Assembly (NCBI RefSeq): GCF_001194135.2 | Contig: NC_068999.1 | Coordinates: 51,565,872 to 51,600,886, forward strand | Source: Octopus bimaculoides | Lineage: Eukaryota | Direction: 5' to 3' | DNA length: 35,015 nt | Shown: one piece after another, positions 1-12,930 of the stretch | How the letters are laid out: every line of letters starts with the position of its first letter | Numbering within the stretch: the first letter of the stretch is position 1 | Position numbers and translations under genes: made by a program | Notes under the pieces: model-generated | Told to the model about the DNA's origin: nothing | The model's database searches: none | The model's input: only the letters and a program-made list of their open reading frames with translations

Positions 1-185
1 ATATATATATATATGATTATATGTGTATATATATATATATGCATAGACATATGTGTGTAAATGTGTGCGTATGTTTGTGTATATGCATATGCATTCCTAC
101 ATATAAATACTTGTGTGTATACATATATATAAACGTACATATACACATATATACACACGCATATATACACAATATATACACACGC

Positions 186-187
<2 letters not shown>

Positions 188-266
<79 letters not shown>
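188..266 (+). repeat. (GATA)n microsatellite, representative of many simple repeats: (GATA)n also near 4197, 7176, 16897, 21481; (AT)n near 700, 4648, 7007; (TACA)n near 5590, 6152; (GA)n near 5980, 14310, 19800
   Basis: Direct reading. Confidence 0.95.
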
Positions 267-267
<1 letters not shown>

Positions 268-678
268 CAGAGAAAGAGAGGTGAGAACAGGGGGAAATAC
301 ATAGAGAAATATTCTAATAAAGGAGAAAATATTCGCTAGTGAGGAATAAAGACAGAGAGAGAGGGAGATAGCAAAGAGAGAGAGAGAGAGATAAAAGAGA
401 GCCAAGAGAGAGACACGGGAAAAGAAAGCGATTGAGAGAAACAGGAAAATATACATGCAGACAGCCAGGCAAACTGATAGATTGAAATGAATTGTATCTT
501 TTTATGTGTAAAATACCCGGATGCCTATACTAGAGTTTTATTATTGTCCTATTCTCCTGAACATGAAACATATTTCATAATCCCTGTGTTAGAAAGCCTC
601 TGCCAAAAGGTCTATAATTTTGTGTTTATGGGCAAAGAGCAACTATATATCCGTGTATCTATGTGTGTGTATATCTAT

Positions 679-745
<67 letters not shown>

Positions 746-1308
746 NNNNNNNNNNNNNNNNNNNNNNNNNNNNNNNNNNNNNNNNNNNNNNNNNNNNNNN
801 NNNNNNNNNNNNNNNNNNNNNNNNNNNNNNNNNNNNNNNNNNNNNNNNNNNNNNNNNNNNNNNNNNNNNNNNNNNNNNNNNNNNNNNNNNNNNNNNNNNN
901 NNNNNNNNNNNNNNNNNNNNNNNNNNNNNNNNNNNNNNNNNNNNNNNNNNNNNNNNNNNNNNNNNNNNNNNNNNNNNNNNNNNNNNNNNNNNNNNNNNNN
1001 NNNNNNNNNNNNNNNNNNNNNNNNNNNNNNNNNNNNNNNNNNNNNNNNNNNNNNNNNNNNNNNNNNNNNNNNNNNNNNNNNNNNNNNNNNNNNNNNNNNN
1101 NNNNNNNNNNNNNNNNNNNNNNNNNNNNNNNNNNNNNNNNNNNNNNNNNNNNNNNNNNNNNNNNNNNNNNNNNNNNNNNNNNNNNNNNNNNNNNNNNNNN
1201 NNNNNNNNNNNNNNNNNNNNNNNNNNNNNNNNNNNNNNNNNNNNNNNNNNNNNNNNNNNNNNNNNNNNNNNNNNNNNNNNNNNNNNNNNNNNNNNNNNNN
1301 NNNNNNNN
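746..1308. other. Assembly gap. Others: 2049-2424, 8128-8763, 13997-14006, 14678-14687, 15545-15764, 17785-18028, 21360-21410, 22960-23068, 28504-29430
   Basis: Runs of N, many flanked by microsatellites. Confidence 1.
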
Positions 1309-1975
1309 ATATATATATATATATACACGCACACAAACACACATATACGTATATACTAAACATATATATATAAATATGCGTGTGTGTGTCTGTTTACATA
1401 TATTTATATTATACAATATATGTATACCAAATATATATTTATGCTTATATAACTAGACACATTTACACACAGAGACACACAAACACACGTATATATATAT
1501 ATATATATACACATACACATGTATACATATACAGAAATATAAATGTATATGCATATATATCTATATATATATATACATATATATGTATGTATATATGTAT
1601 ACATGCATGCATGTATGTATGTATGCATTATGTGTGTATGTATGCATGTATGTATCATCTCACATATACACACACACGCTCACATATACACACACACACA
1701 CCAACTTGCTTGTTTTCTGCTATTTTATTTCCAGTTAACAAATAAATGAAAAAAAGAAATCTTAAAAGACAGAACGATCTTCTGTCAGCAGAGTTTAATT
1801 GCAGGAAAAACTGAGAACGTTTTTGTGTTGCCAAGTGATTTCCTACCGTTTAAAGACATTCCATCAAATGACCATACGATGAAATAACAATCTTTGTAGA
1901 AACAAACGGAAGTTAGATTCAGGTCGCATCATCAGCCTGCAAACATTGGTGTAAAGGTAAACTCTTTTGTAGTGG

Positions 1976-2048
<73 letters not shown>

Positions 2049-2424
2049 NNNNNNNNNNNNNNNNNNNNNNNNNNNNNNNNNNNNNNNNNNNNNNNNNNNN
2101 NNNNNNNNNNNNNNNNNNNNNNNNNNNNNNNNNNNNNNNNNNNNNNNNNNNNNNNNNNNNNNNNNNNNNNNNNNNNNNNNNNNNNNNNNNNNNNNNNNNN
2201 NNNNNNNNNNNNNNNNNNNNNNNNNNNNNNNNNNNNNNNNNNNNNNNNNNNNNNNNNNNNNNNNNNNNNNNNNNNNNNNNNNNNNNNNNNNNNNNNNNNN
2301 NNNNNNNNNNNNNNNNNNNNNNNNNNNNNNNNNNNNNNNNNNNNNNNNNNNNNNNNNNNNNNNNNNNNNNNNNNNNNNNNNNNNNNNNNNNNNNNNNNNN
2401 NNNNNNNNNNNNNNNNNNNNNNNN

Positions 2425-2466
<42 letters not shown>

Positions 2467-2809
2467 GTGTGTCTACGCGTGTGTGTGTGCATGTGTCTGT
2501 GTGTGTATGTATGTTTGTGAATAATTCTTTATCGATGCGTAGAGAGGACGAAAAAATGTTTAGCATCATTATTTGGCATTTCTCTATTTCTCTTTCAAAG
2601 GAGTACATCTTGGCATTGTGTTCAACAAAAGAACTTTGGCAAAGCTGTTTGCATTCCAAAATATTTCATAAATGTGAAGAACGTCTCTTGAGGTTCTAGC
2701 GAATCTGTTTTCTTCTCCACTTTAGGATCCCTATCGCTATTAAGTGTCAAAATTCAGAGTCGAACATATTTTAATGCAGTATTGACCTCGTAATATTGAT
2801 TTTTAACAT

Positions 2810-3032
2810 CAATCCAAAGCAACACATTTAGGTGGGAGAGTAGAGAAAACTACCATCGATTATATCGATTCCAATACTTGAATATCATTTATTTTATCGG
2901 GTCCGGTATGATAAAAGGCAAGTTTTCCTTCGATGGAACTCGAACTCTGAACGTAAAGAGAAGCTACTAACAACTGCAGAGCATCTTCTCCAACGCCCTA
3001 CAGATTCTGCCAATAAATGGCACTTCGGCCTT
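2810..3032 (-). mobile_element. Degenerate tRNA-derived SINE, family A
   Basis: Reverse-complement similarity to the adjacent family-A copies (gaactc...aacgtaaaga, gattctgcc). Confidence 0.6.
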
Positions 3033-3051
3033 ATAATATTATCTTAAATAC

Positions 3052-3708
3052 AAAGGCAGCGAGCTAGCAGAAACGTTAGCACGCCGGGCGAAATGCTGAG
3101 CGGTATTTCGTCCACGGCTACGTTCTGAGTTCAAATTCCGCCGAGGTCGACTTCGCCTTTCAACCTTTCGGGGGCGATAATTTAAGTTCCAGTTGCGTAC
3201 TGGGGTCGATCTAATCAACTGGCCCCCTTCCCAAAAATTTCGGGCCTTGTGCCTAGAGTAGAAAAGAATATTATCTCAAATATAAAAGCAGCGAGCTAGC
3301 AGAGTCGTTAGCACGCCGGGCGAAATGCTTAGCAGTATTTCGTCTGCCGCTACATTCTGAGTTCAAATTCCACCGAGGTCGACTTTGTCTTTCATTCTTT
3401 CGGGATCGATTAAATAAATACCAGTTACACACTGGGCCGATGTAATCGACTTAATACCTTCCCCAAAATTTGAGACCTTGTGCTTCGAGTAGAAAAAATA
3501 TTATTGTAAATACAAGGGCGGTGAGCTGGCAGAATCGTTAGCACGCTGGACAAAGCGCTTAGCGGTGTTTCGTACGTCTTCACGTTCTGAGTTCGAATTC
3601 CGGTAGGGTCGACTTTGTCTGTCATCCCTTTCAGGGCCGATGAAAATAAGTAGCAGTCGATTTAACCACTCTACCGAAATTACCGGCCTTGGGTCAAAAT
3701 TTGAAATC
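3052..3708 (+). mobile_element. Three head-to-tail family-A SINEs (3052-3266, 3284-3496, 3514-3708)
   Basis: Each begins aa(a/g)gc(a/g)g(c/t)gagct(a/g)gcaga..cgttagcacgc and has a B-box-like gagttcaaattcc, the core gaggtcgactttg.ctttca.cctttcgggg.cgat and a ccttg.g tail. Confidence 0.9.
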
Positions 3709-4195
3709 AATATTATCTTAAATACATATGTGTGTGTGTGTGTGTGTGTGTGTTTGAAAAATCTGAAAGGAAAGAAACATTACTTGAATAGACAACGAAT
3801 GACAGAAAATGAGAAAGTGTGTGCGTGTGTGTGTGTGAAGGAAAGAAAGAGAGAAGGCAAGAGATTCTTAATTCATAATTTGTGAGCTTCCATTGTTATC
3901 AAACCTTAAGATTATTCCCTTGAGCAAGTTCTTTCGTTCTAATTGCTTTGAGTACAGCCAAGCAATCAACAGTTGCGTTACAATCTTCTCTTTTGGCTGA
4001 TGTCTTCCAAGAAACACAGTCCTTTATAGAAATGCCTTCTGAGACTTACACTATACGCATAAAATTAGCGATTATAAAGATACATACATACATACGTATA
4101 TACATATATGCATACATGTATATTACTACATACATACGCATAAAATTGGCGATTTACAAAGATATCTACACATATGCATACACATACATTCATAC

Positions 4196-4241
<46 letters not shown>

Positions 4242-4640
4242 GTATATTGAAAGATGTCTGGTCACGTTAAAAACTAAATATAAATTTACGTTTAGTTTAT
4301 TGTTTCTTTTAGTTTCCTTTCCTTTTTCTTTCTTTTTAATGATTTTTTTTTAACTGTTAAATTATTTTCAACTTATATACCAGATTGATATTCTAGAGCA
4401 ATGTTATGCTTCCAATTAAGCTAATTATATAGAATGAAATTGTTTAAATGAAGACCAACATCGTGTGCATACTAATATTTAAGGAAAAGAAAGTTTCAAT
4501 ATTGATTTAATTTAGTTTATTACAAATTTCATATTTGCTTCCTTGTTCACTGGGGTTTTTTTTCGATGCATTTTCTACTTTCATATACATATATACAAAT
4601 ATATTATGTATATATTTGTATGTGTGTATGTGTGGCTGTG

Positions 4641-4710
<70 letters not shown>

Positions 4711-4757
4711 CATACATACATAATACATACATACATACACACATACACATATATATA

Positions 4758-4888
4758 TACAGGGTGTCCACAAAGTCTGGGTACATGGGGATTAACACAT
4801 ACTCTAAGAAATTATTATTTCTTATATTTAATTGTTTATGTTATGATTTTATTTACTCCATGTACCCAGACCTTGTGGACACCCTGTA
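4758..4888. mobile_element. 127-bp Tc1/mariner-type MITE with 29-bp TIRs and TA target duplication
   Basis: TA|CAGGGTGTCCACAAAGTCTGGGTACATGG (4760-4788) and CCATGTACCCAGACCTTGTGGACACCCTG|TA (4858-4886); 1 mismatch between the TIRs. Confidence 0.88.
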
Positions 4889-5994
4889 TATATATATAAT
4901 TAAATTAAATCAAAACAATAAAACTGCAACACAGTCACATACTTAGAATAGTTGGTGTTACAAAGTTGGTTGGAGGGTTTAAACTTATTCAGAAGATCAT
5001 AGAAAAATTGTAACGAAAAGTTTCTGACAATATAACCAAAACCTGACGTAAACTACAACCGGCGAATGTGTTGAGAGATATTTAGTAGGTGTTATTCACT
5101 CAAAATATAATAAAGCCGGTTTCAACAGACGGTTACACATTGAAATTTTTGCTAAACAAAACTAAATTCAAAAACGAAGTATGTATGTATATATGTATGC
5201 ATGAATGTATATATATATATGTGTATGTGTGTATAGAAATAGAAGGAGATGGGAAGGAAGACATTCAAAATTAAAATTGCACAGAAAATAACCATGTATA
5301 TTGCAGTATGTCTGAAAGGAAACCGTGAGGAGGGTTTACGTTATAGTCATTTCGTTGGAATCCACAGTTTGGTATGTTACAGAGTACATATAGAAAACAA
5401 AACTAAATAAGAAAAACTATCTATAAAATATTTAGTTTCGCCATCTTACGCGTATTTCATTAACAAAGAATAATTATTAGTTATATAATTTATATTCTCA
5501 AACTGTATTGTCAAATCTTCAGAGATATGTAACACTTGATTCGAAATTTTACTGGATTAATGAGTGTTGCTAGCACTCGATAAGCAAGCTACATACATAC
5601 ATACATACATACATACATACATACATACATACATACATAAATTCGAAGGATTGCTTTAGTCCCGTGATAGAACGCCTATCATTTTTATAGAAGATGTGGT
5701 TGCGAGTCATACGGCAACCTTCTACTTTTTCTATCCAAATGATTTCTTTAAGCCCAATATTTACACGCTATTATTTATAGCTTTTCTGCTTCGAAGTCCA
5801 CTGTTACAAGAAAGAAAATTATACATATTTTAACTTCATACTTATCTTGTCAAATGTTTATGTTTTACTTTTTGTAATCGTCCGAAAGTCGGCAACAAGT
5901 AAGTCAGACTTGTGAAGTGTGAAGTTCCAGCTTCCAAAAAAATGTGTGTGTGTATGTGTGTGACAGACAGAGAAAAAGGAGAGAGAGAGAGAGA

Positions 5995-6036
<42 letters not shown>

Positions 6037-6300
6037 GAGAGAGAAGGAGAAAGTATCTATGTATGGATCCTCGCCTAACAAAGTAACTCTAGTCAAAGAC
6101 AATATACAATATGCACATATTTGTATATATGTGTAAGCAAACAGACAGACACATACATACATACATACATACATACATACATACATACATACATACATAC
6201 ATAAAAACACATATATATACAAACATACATACATACATACATTTATACATACAGAATGTGCAAGCATGTAGATGAAAGATATACATGATTATGACTACAT

Positions 6301-6334
<34 letters not shown>

Positions 6335-6936
6335 GTGTGTGTGTGTTTGTGTTTACATGTGTGTTTAATTGTATGTTGATTCAAATAAAAGTGAGGCTAC
6401 AATCCAATATGTGTGAGTGTATGCGTGTGTGAGTGAGTGAATGTATGTGTGTATTGAATATCAAATAAAAGCGGGAATCTACTGTCAAATATACATTCAT
6501 GCATACAGACGTACATGTGTGTGTATGATTGTCTATGTGCATGTGTGTGTGTATGTGTATGTGTGCGCGCGCGCGCGTTTGGGTTCCCGTGGAACAATGA
6601 CTTAGATACCTCAGAACCAAGAACCATCTGTCATTTCAGTTTTCCTGCAGCAAGAAAATATTTCTCCCTCACTCACCCTCACTCTCTCACATTTCTTTCT
6701 TTTTCTCTCTCTCCCCCTCTCTCTCTCTTTCTCTCTCTCTCTTTCTCTTCAGAGATGAATGGATAGTATTCTACGTTATTTTCCCTAGTACAATGAAACT
6801 GGGATTCATATGAATATGAATTGGTACGTCAACCAGTGGAATTATCAATGTAATTTATTAAGGAAGATAATGCGTGCCATATATATGTGTGTGTTTGCGC
6901 GTGTCTATATGTGTATGATTGTGTATATATATATGC

Positions 6937-6974
<38 letters not shown>

Positions 6975-7003
6975 ATACATTTATACATATACATATATAT
7001 ATG

Positions 7004-7115
<112 letters not shown>

Positions 7116-7175
7116 TGAGCAGTGTTTATTAAAAATCAGAATGTACATATATGTATGTATTTATACGTATATATT

Positions 7176-7208
<33 letters not shown>

Positions 7209-7751
7209 GTACACACGCACATACGTATATGTACATATATACATATATATAGATCAATATCATATATATATATATACCTTTTTATATTTATGCGTTCGTA
7301 TCAATGTACAACTCCATTATATCTCCATATATTATCAAGTGAATATAATATATTATGTGTCAATCTCAGTTTTATATATTTGCATATATCTTTATTAAAA
7401 TTCCTCTGCATATCTCCACATTTGGTATGTACCTTATGTGCGTACACGCGCACACATGTGCAAATGCACATTTGCGCACACATAATCAGAAATAGCAGAA
7501 AACCCCTCCAGGGAAATCCTCGAAATGCACGCCACTGTTAAAAGTTGTCAAATTTTTGTAAAGATTTCGGTGGAGGAAGGAGAGGATCTAACAATGCATC
7601 TTATCTCAACATGTGATCCCCAGCAAACGGATGACTCTATGCACTACGTTTTGTATTCAGAATACTTGTTACGGCGGAGCACGTGATCCGGTCACGATTG
7701 TATTGAGGAAAAGCTTTCAAATCTCACCTAGATAATTAACCAAATAATGAA

Positions 7752-7848
7752 AGAAGAAGAAGAAGAAGAAGAAGAAGAAGAAGAAGAAGAAGAAGAAGAA
7801 GAAGAAGAAGAAGAAGAAGAAGAAGAAGAAGAAGAAGAAGAAGAAGAA
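7752..7848 (+). repeat. (GAA)n microsatellite, about 32 units
   Basis: Uninterrupted GAA run. Confidence 0.97.
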
Positions 7849-8078
7849 AGGGTTAAGGAAAGAAGAATGGGATATGAATGAAGGAATAAAGAAAATTATA
7901 AAATCGGACGGTTGGTGGCGGGGTGAGAGAAAAAGGCATATTTAATAAAGTATATACCATTTGAAGAATACAACTTTTCATATATATTCGCATAATATAT
8001 ATTGCATGCGTGTGTATATAGGTGTATGTATATAGGTGTATGTATACATATATACATGCATGTATATGTATAGTAAAA

Positions 8079-8127
<49 letters not shown>

Positions 8128-8859
8128 NNNNNNNNNNNNNNNNNNNNNNNNNNNNNNNNNNNNNNNNNNNNNNNNNNNNNNNNNNNNNNNNNNNNNNNNN
8201 NNNNNNNNNNNNNNNNNNNNNNNNNNNNNNNNNNNNNNNNNNNNNNNNNNNNNNNNNNNNNNNNNNNNNNNNNNNNNNNNNNNNNNNNNNNNNNNNNNNN
8301 NNNNNNNNNNNNNNNNNNNNNNNNNNNNNNNNNNNNNNNNNNNNNNNNNNNNNNNNNNNNNNNNNNNNNNNNNNNNNNNNNNNNNNNNNNNNNNNNNNNN
8401 NNNNNNNNNNNNNNNNNNNNNNNNNNNNNNNNNNNNNNNNNNNNNNNNNNNNNNNNNNNNNNNNNNNNNNNNNNNNNNNNNNNNNNNNNNNNNNNNNNNN
8501 NNNNNNNNNNNNNNNNNNNNNNNNNNNNNNNNNNNNNNNNNNNNNNNNNNNNNNNNNNNNNNNNNNNNNNNNNNNNNNNNNNNNNNNNNNNNNNNNNNNN
8601 NNNNNNNNNNNNNNNNNNNNNNNNNNNNNNNNNNNNNNNNNNNNNNNNNNNNNNNNNNNNNNNNNNNNNNNNNNNNNNNNNNNNNNNNNNNNNNNNNNNN
8701 NNNNNNNNNNNNNNNNNNNNNNNNNNNNNNNNNNNNNNNNNNNNNNNNNNNNNNNNNNNNNNNCGGGTCTCATAAAGGGAGATTTATAATCAAAGGCTTT
8801 CCAGACATGACCGTCTCATTTGTGTGTGTGCATATGTATTGTGAGTTTTTGCGTGTATA

Positions 8860-9098
8860 CGTGTTATTTCTTTACTACCCACAAGGGGCTACACACAGAG
8901 GAGACAAACAAGGACAGACAAACACGGATTAAGTCGATTATATCGACCCCAGTGAGTAACTGGTACTTATTTAATCGACCCCGAAAGGATGAAAGGCAAA
9001 GTCGACCTCGGCGGAATTTGAACTCAGAACGTAGCGGCTGACGAAATACGGCTAAGCATTTCGCCCGGTGTGCTAACGTTTCTGCCAGCTCGCCGCCT
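8860..9098 (-). mobile_element. Family-A SINE
   Basis: Contains actggtacttatttaatcgaccccgaaaggatgaaaggcaaagtcgacctcggcggaatttgaactcag...ctgccagctcgccgcct. Confidence 0.9.
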
Positions 9099-10235
9099 GA
9101 ATATACGTGTATACGTGTGTCTCTGTAAGCGTGTGTATGTGTTTGTGTGTGTGCATGTGTGTGTATGTGTGTGTGTGTGTGTGTGAAAGGAAAATGTAAC
9201 TTTAATTTTACAAAAAAAAAGCAGAGTGGTCACGGTTAGGATACCTTTGTTCTTAGATCCGCTCAGTAAAATATCATGGGGCTAAGCAACAGCCATAGAG
9301 AAAATTTTGCGATAGATAAGTGCTCTCTAGTGTATGAGATAGAGAACGGTCTTAGAAAATTTCAATAACGAAGCCACTCTTCCAAGTACCGGAAGTAATC
9401 TCGAGTATAACCAGCCGAAATTGCAAAGATAATCTAGAACTCAACTGAGAAAAGAAAACTCCGAATGACCCGTCCTTGTTTTTCTTGTCCCCTTTTTGTA
9501 TCATCTGTCTGGATGTCTTGCGCTCTTGTCCCATTTTTTGTGTTCCTTTATGTGCGTGTGTGTGTGGGTATGTGTGTGTGTGTGTGTGCATAAACAGTAT
9601 AGTTAATTCCTGGGTAATAGTTGCGGCGTCAATAACAACCACATCAATAGTGTTCAGTTATTTTGTTCGAACTTTTCGTGACGCCATGTGTTCCCGAAAA
9701 TTTCAGCAAGTATTCTACCGCGTTTAACAATAACGGACCCCTATTATTCATTGAAAGGCATAACACAGTGTGAGAGGAAGAAAGGCACGTACTTTACTAT
9801 AACTTTGATAAACAGTAGAAACACCTGGTCTTCGGTGATTCTCTCAATTGTGTGCAGTCCTCAGTTCGAATCATCCAGCGGGCAGATTCCATGAAGAAAG
9901 GAAAAATGTATTTCAACAAGAATAAACAACAACGACATCTGCAGCAGCCAATTTTTGGCGTGTGGGAAATTCGTTTAACAATTCTTCCCCATCCATCTTT
10001 ATTTTTTTGTCGCTCTTATTAATTACTGCATTTTCAATCCTGTTATTTCCACAATGTTATCAATCCAGTTTTTTTCCTTAGTTTTTTTCTTGGCTTTATC
10101 TTTTTTCCTAAAACCAACAACTTTTTATAGACCACCTGCCATTATTCCATGCCAAAATATCACTAAGTTTCTTCTTGTCTAGTTCTTTTGTAATGCTCCA
10201 TTCTATTCCAGTTTGATCCCAAAACAAACTGATTA

Positions 10236-10352
<117 letters not shown>

Positions 10353-11835
10353 CTAATCCTTCGTTTTCTTCTTTAAAAGCTACAGCTTTTTTGTCAGCTT
10401 TCTAAGACCCCTAGTATTCAGAGCCATATTCGTCAATATTGGAAATACCAACGTGATTAACAATTTCAACTTGGTTATTTTGCTTATTATTTTTTTCAAA
10501 TACGATTTGAAGAGGTAACAGGCAATTTTACCATCGCATTGTGTTCTTTATCTCTTTGCTGTCATCACATTGGTTCATAATAATACATCCGAGATAACAA
10601 ATTAATTCACCATATGACAGTTTTGATTATCAACTGACAGTTTTGATTATCAATTATTATAAGATTATGTTGATCATATGTTCCTGACATAATCATTGAT
10701 TCACTTTTGTCAAAATCAATCAATGAATCATTTTTTCTTTCACTTTTTCTTTCATGTTCTTCATCAAATTTTTCAATGCTTCTAAGCTATCACCAATAAT
10801 GATAGTGTCATCGATATATCTGAGATTTCATTTACTCTATGCCTTCAAAGCGTTCTGGAACTTTCCTCATTACAATTTTTGCGTAAATATTAATCAGAAA
10901 AGGAGAAAAGATACATCTTTGTCACATCCATGGTTAAATTTCAGATCATCAATAACACCCACGATAGAGTCATTGATATATATATGAGATTTCACCTATT
11001 TTAACTATGCCTTCAAAACGTTTTAGAAATTTTATCGTTACAATTTCTGTGTAAATATTAACCAGAGAAGGAGAAAGGATACATCCTTGTCACAGCCATT
11101 GTTAAATTTCAAACGATCAGTGACACCCACGTGAGTTCTTACTGCTAACGTTTGCTAAGAATAAAATGATTTTAATAATTCTATAAAATGTCGAGGAAAT
11201 CCTATTTCTATCAACACAGCCCGTAATTTACTATGAATAACTTTGTCAAAAGCTATTTGGTAGTCAATAGAAATAATAAATAATTCATCATGTTCTCTAG
11301 TTTTTTTGCATAACTATGTTTAGCTTAAGAATAGTATTTGTTCGTTCTTTTATCATTTCTAAGACCATCTTGCTCCTCCGTTATTTCCATTTCTTATTTA
11401 GCTTTACTTCTGTCCGAAATTATTGTATATAGCATTTTACTAACATAATTTATCAGCGTACTCTTTCTTTTGGTTTCACCCTGCATCGTGTCTAGTTGTT
11501 TTTGGCAAAGGGATAAAAACTGATTTAGTCCAATCATTTCACCATAAATTTGAACTGCCTATTTTTATGCACAGACAATATAACAATTTCACTAAAGCAG
11601 TTTCCTTCGCGAGTTTTCCCAAATCTCTGTTGATATGTTATCTATTCCACGGCTTTTGTTGTTTTATCAGAATAGTCGAGTTTTATTAGTTGTTTTTTTA
11701 TATTTTTTGTTTTTGTTTTTTTACTTCAAACTTTCTATGAAACATAATTTTGACTTAGATAATCTTGAATACGCTCTACCTGATTGCTATCTTTTGTTTT
11801 CTTGTATATGCAGTAGCTTTTTTTTTTTTCATTTT

Positions 11836-12050
11836 AAAGGCAGCGATCTGGCAGAATCGTTAGCACGCCGGACAAAATGCTTGGTGGCATTTCCTTCGTC
11901 TTTACGTTCTAAGTTCAAATGTCTCCGAATTTAACTTTGCCTTTCATCCTTTCGGAATCGATGAAATAAGTGCCAGTTGCCACTTGGGTCAATGTAATCG
12001 ATTCACCCCCTCCGCAACAATTTCTTGTGCCTCTGTTGGAAAGGGTTATT
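11836..12050 (+). mobile_element. Family-A SINE nested in the RTE LINE
   Basis: aaaggcagcgatctggcagaatcgttagcacgccgg head and conserved core; the LINE reading frame resumes on both sides. Confidence 0.85.
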
Positions 12051-12139
12051 CTTTTTCAGCTTAACTTTATATATTACCTTCGTAAAGCATATTACCATTT
12101 TTGTCTTTTATAGCATCAGTTCTTGGAGCAAATTTTCCT

Positions 12140-12930
12140 GAGAAAGAAATCTAAAGGAAATAAATCAATTACCTCCAAAAGATGTCATCATTCTTATCAA
12201 AGATGAAAATTCTACGGCACAAAAACTAGCAGCAAAAATCAACACCTTTGAACAATTTCGGTTTAAGCATTAGGAATGGACAAAGAGAGCGTCTACTTAA
12301 ATTCTATGAGTCAAACAAACTTTGTATTTCCAATACATAATTTAACCAGCATCATAAATACGTTTACATTTGAATTTCTCTTGATCAGAAGTGTTGTACT
12401 AAATAGACTACTTTATAGTCCAACAGCGATGGAAAAGGAGTGTTAATAAAGTTAGGTGCTGAATTCAATTGTGAGCATCAAGTTATTGTTGTCAAATTAC
12501 GGTGTTATAGCAATAAAAGAATTAAAACACCAAGAAGACACGATCATTAGAAATTAATAAAACACTGAAATTTTAGAAAAAAAAAGGTAACAATTTTAAA
12601 CACTTTAGCAATGTAAAAAAAAAAGGGATACCCTGTAGAAATGGAGAAATAAACTAAAAATGTGGTTTTGAAAGAAGCAGAAAAATATTATCAAAGAAAA
12701 AGTTGAAACGACTGAAGTGGATAACAGACGCGACATTAGATCAAACGGAAGAAAGAAGACCTGTAAAAAAAAAACAGATGAGCAATGAAATTCAAACCGT
12801 GATGACAGAATTCAAACGAGAAAGCATCAACAAAATTTGTAAAGATAGAAAAAACACTTCAATAACAAGCACTATAATAGAACTTTACAAAACGAGGAAG
12901 CTAATAAAATTTTGTATTAAGAAATAACAG
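12140..12930 (+). mobile_element. Decayed RTE-clade LINE, inverted 5' part (APE endonuclease C-half + linker)
   Basis: Plus-strand translation gives INQLPPKDVIIL, RNGQRERLLKFYESNKLCISNT, IDYFIVQQRWKRSV, GAEFNCEHQVIVVKL (SDH-equivalent), KWITDATLDQTEERR and ...KEIT. Confidence 0.82.

Noticed and set aside
97-2699. Many ORFs rich in YI/CV/HT/YLSI or containing X runs (also at 4.5-4.9, 5.8-7.2, 7.8-8.9, 21.1-23.3 and 28.4-29.6 kb)
   Set aside because: They are translations of (AT)n, (GT)n and (GATA)n microsatellites and N gaps, not genes.
3052-3140. tRNA-like A/B-box sequences
   Set aside because: They are heads of tRNA-derived SINEs, with no cloverleaf or anticodon arm; not tRNA genes.
3035-3725. 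Repeat-spacer-like periodicity suggesting a CRISPR array
   Set aside because: The 'spacers' are about 200-bp homologous SINE bodies in a eukaryotic context with no cas genes.
7486-7686. Open frame EILEMHATVKSCQIF...YLLRRST and other unique islands (1790-1960, 2600-2700, 5660-5830, 9350-9900, 13430-13570)
   Set aside because: Each has stops or weak splice sites in the frames needed, and I recognise none of the peptides. Not supportable as CDS without RNA data.
12703-12927. 74-aa ORF MKRLKWITDATLDQ...
   Set aside because: It is a fragment of the decayed RTE linker region, not a host gene.
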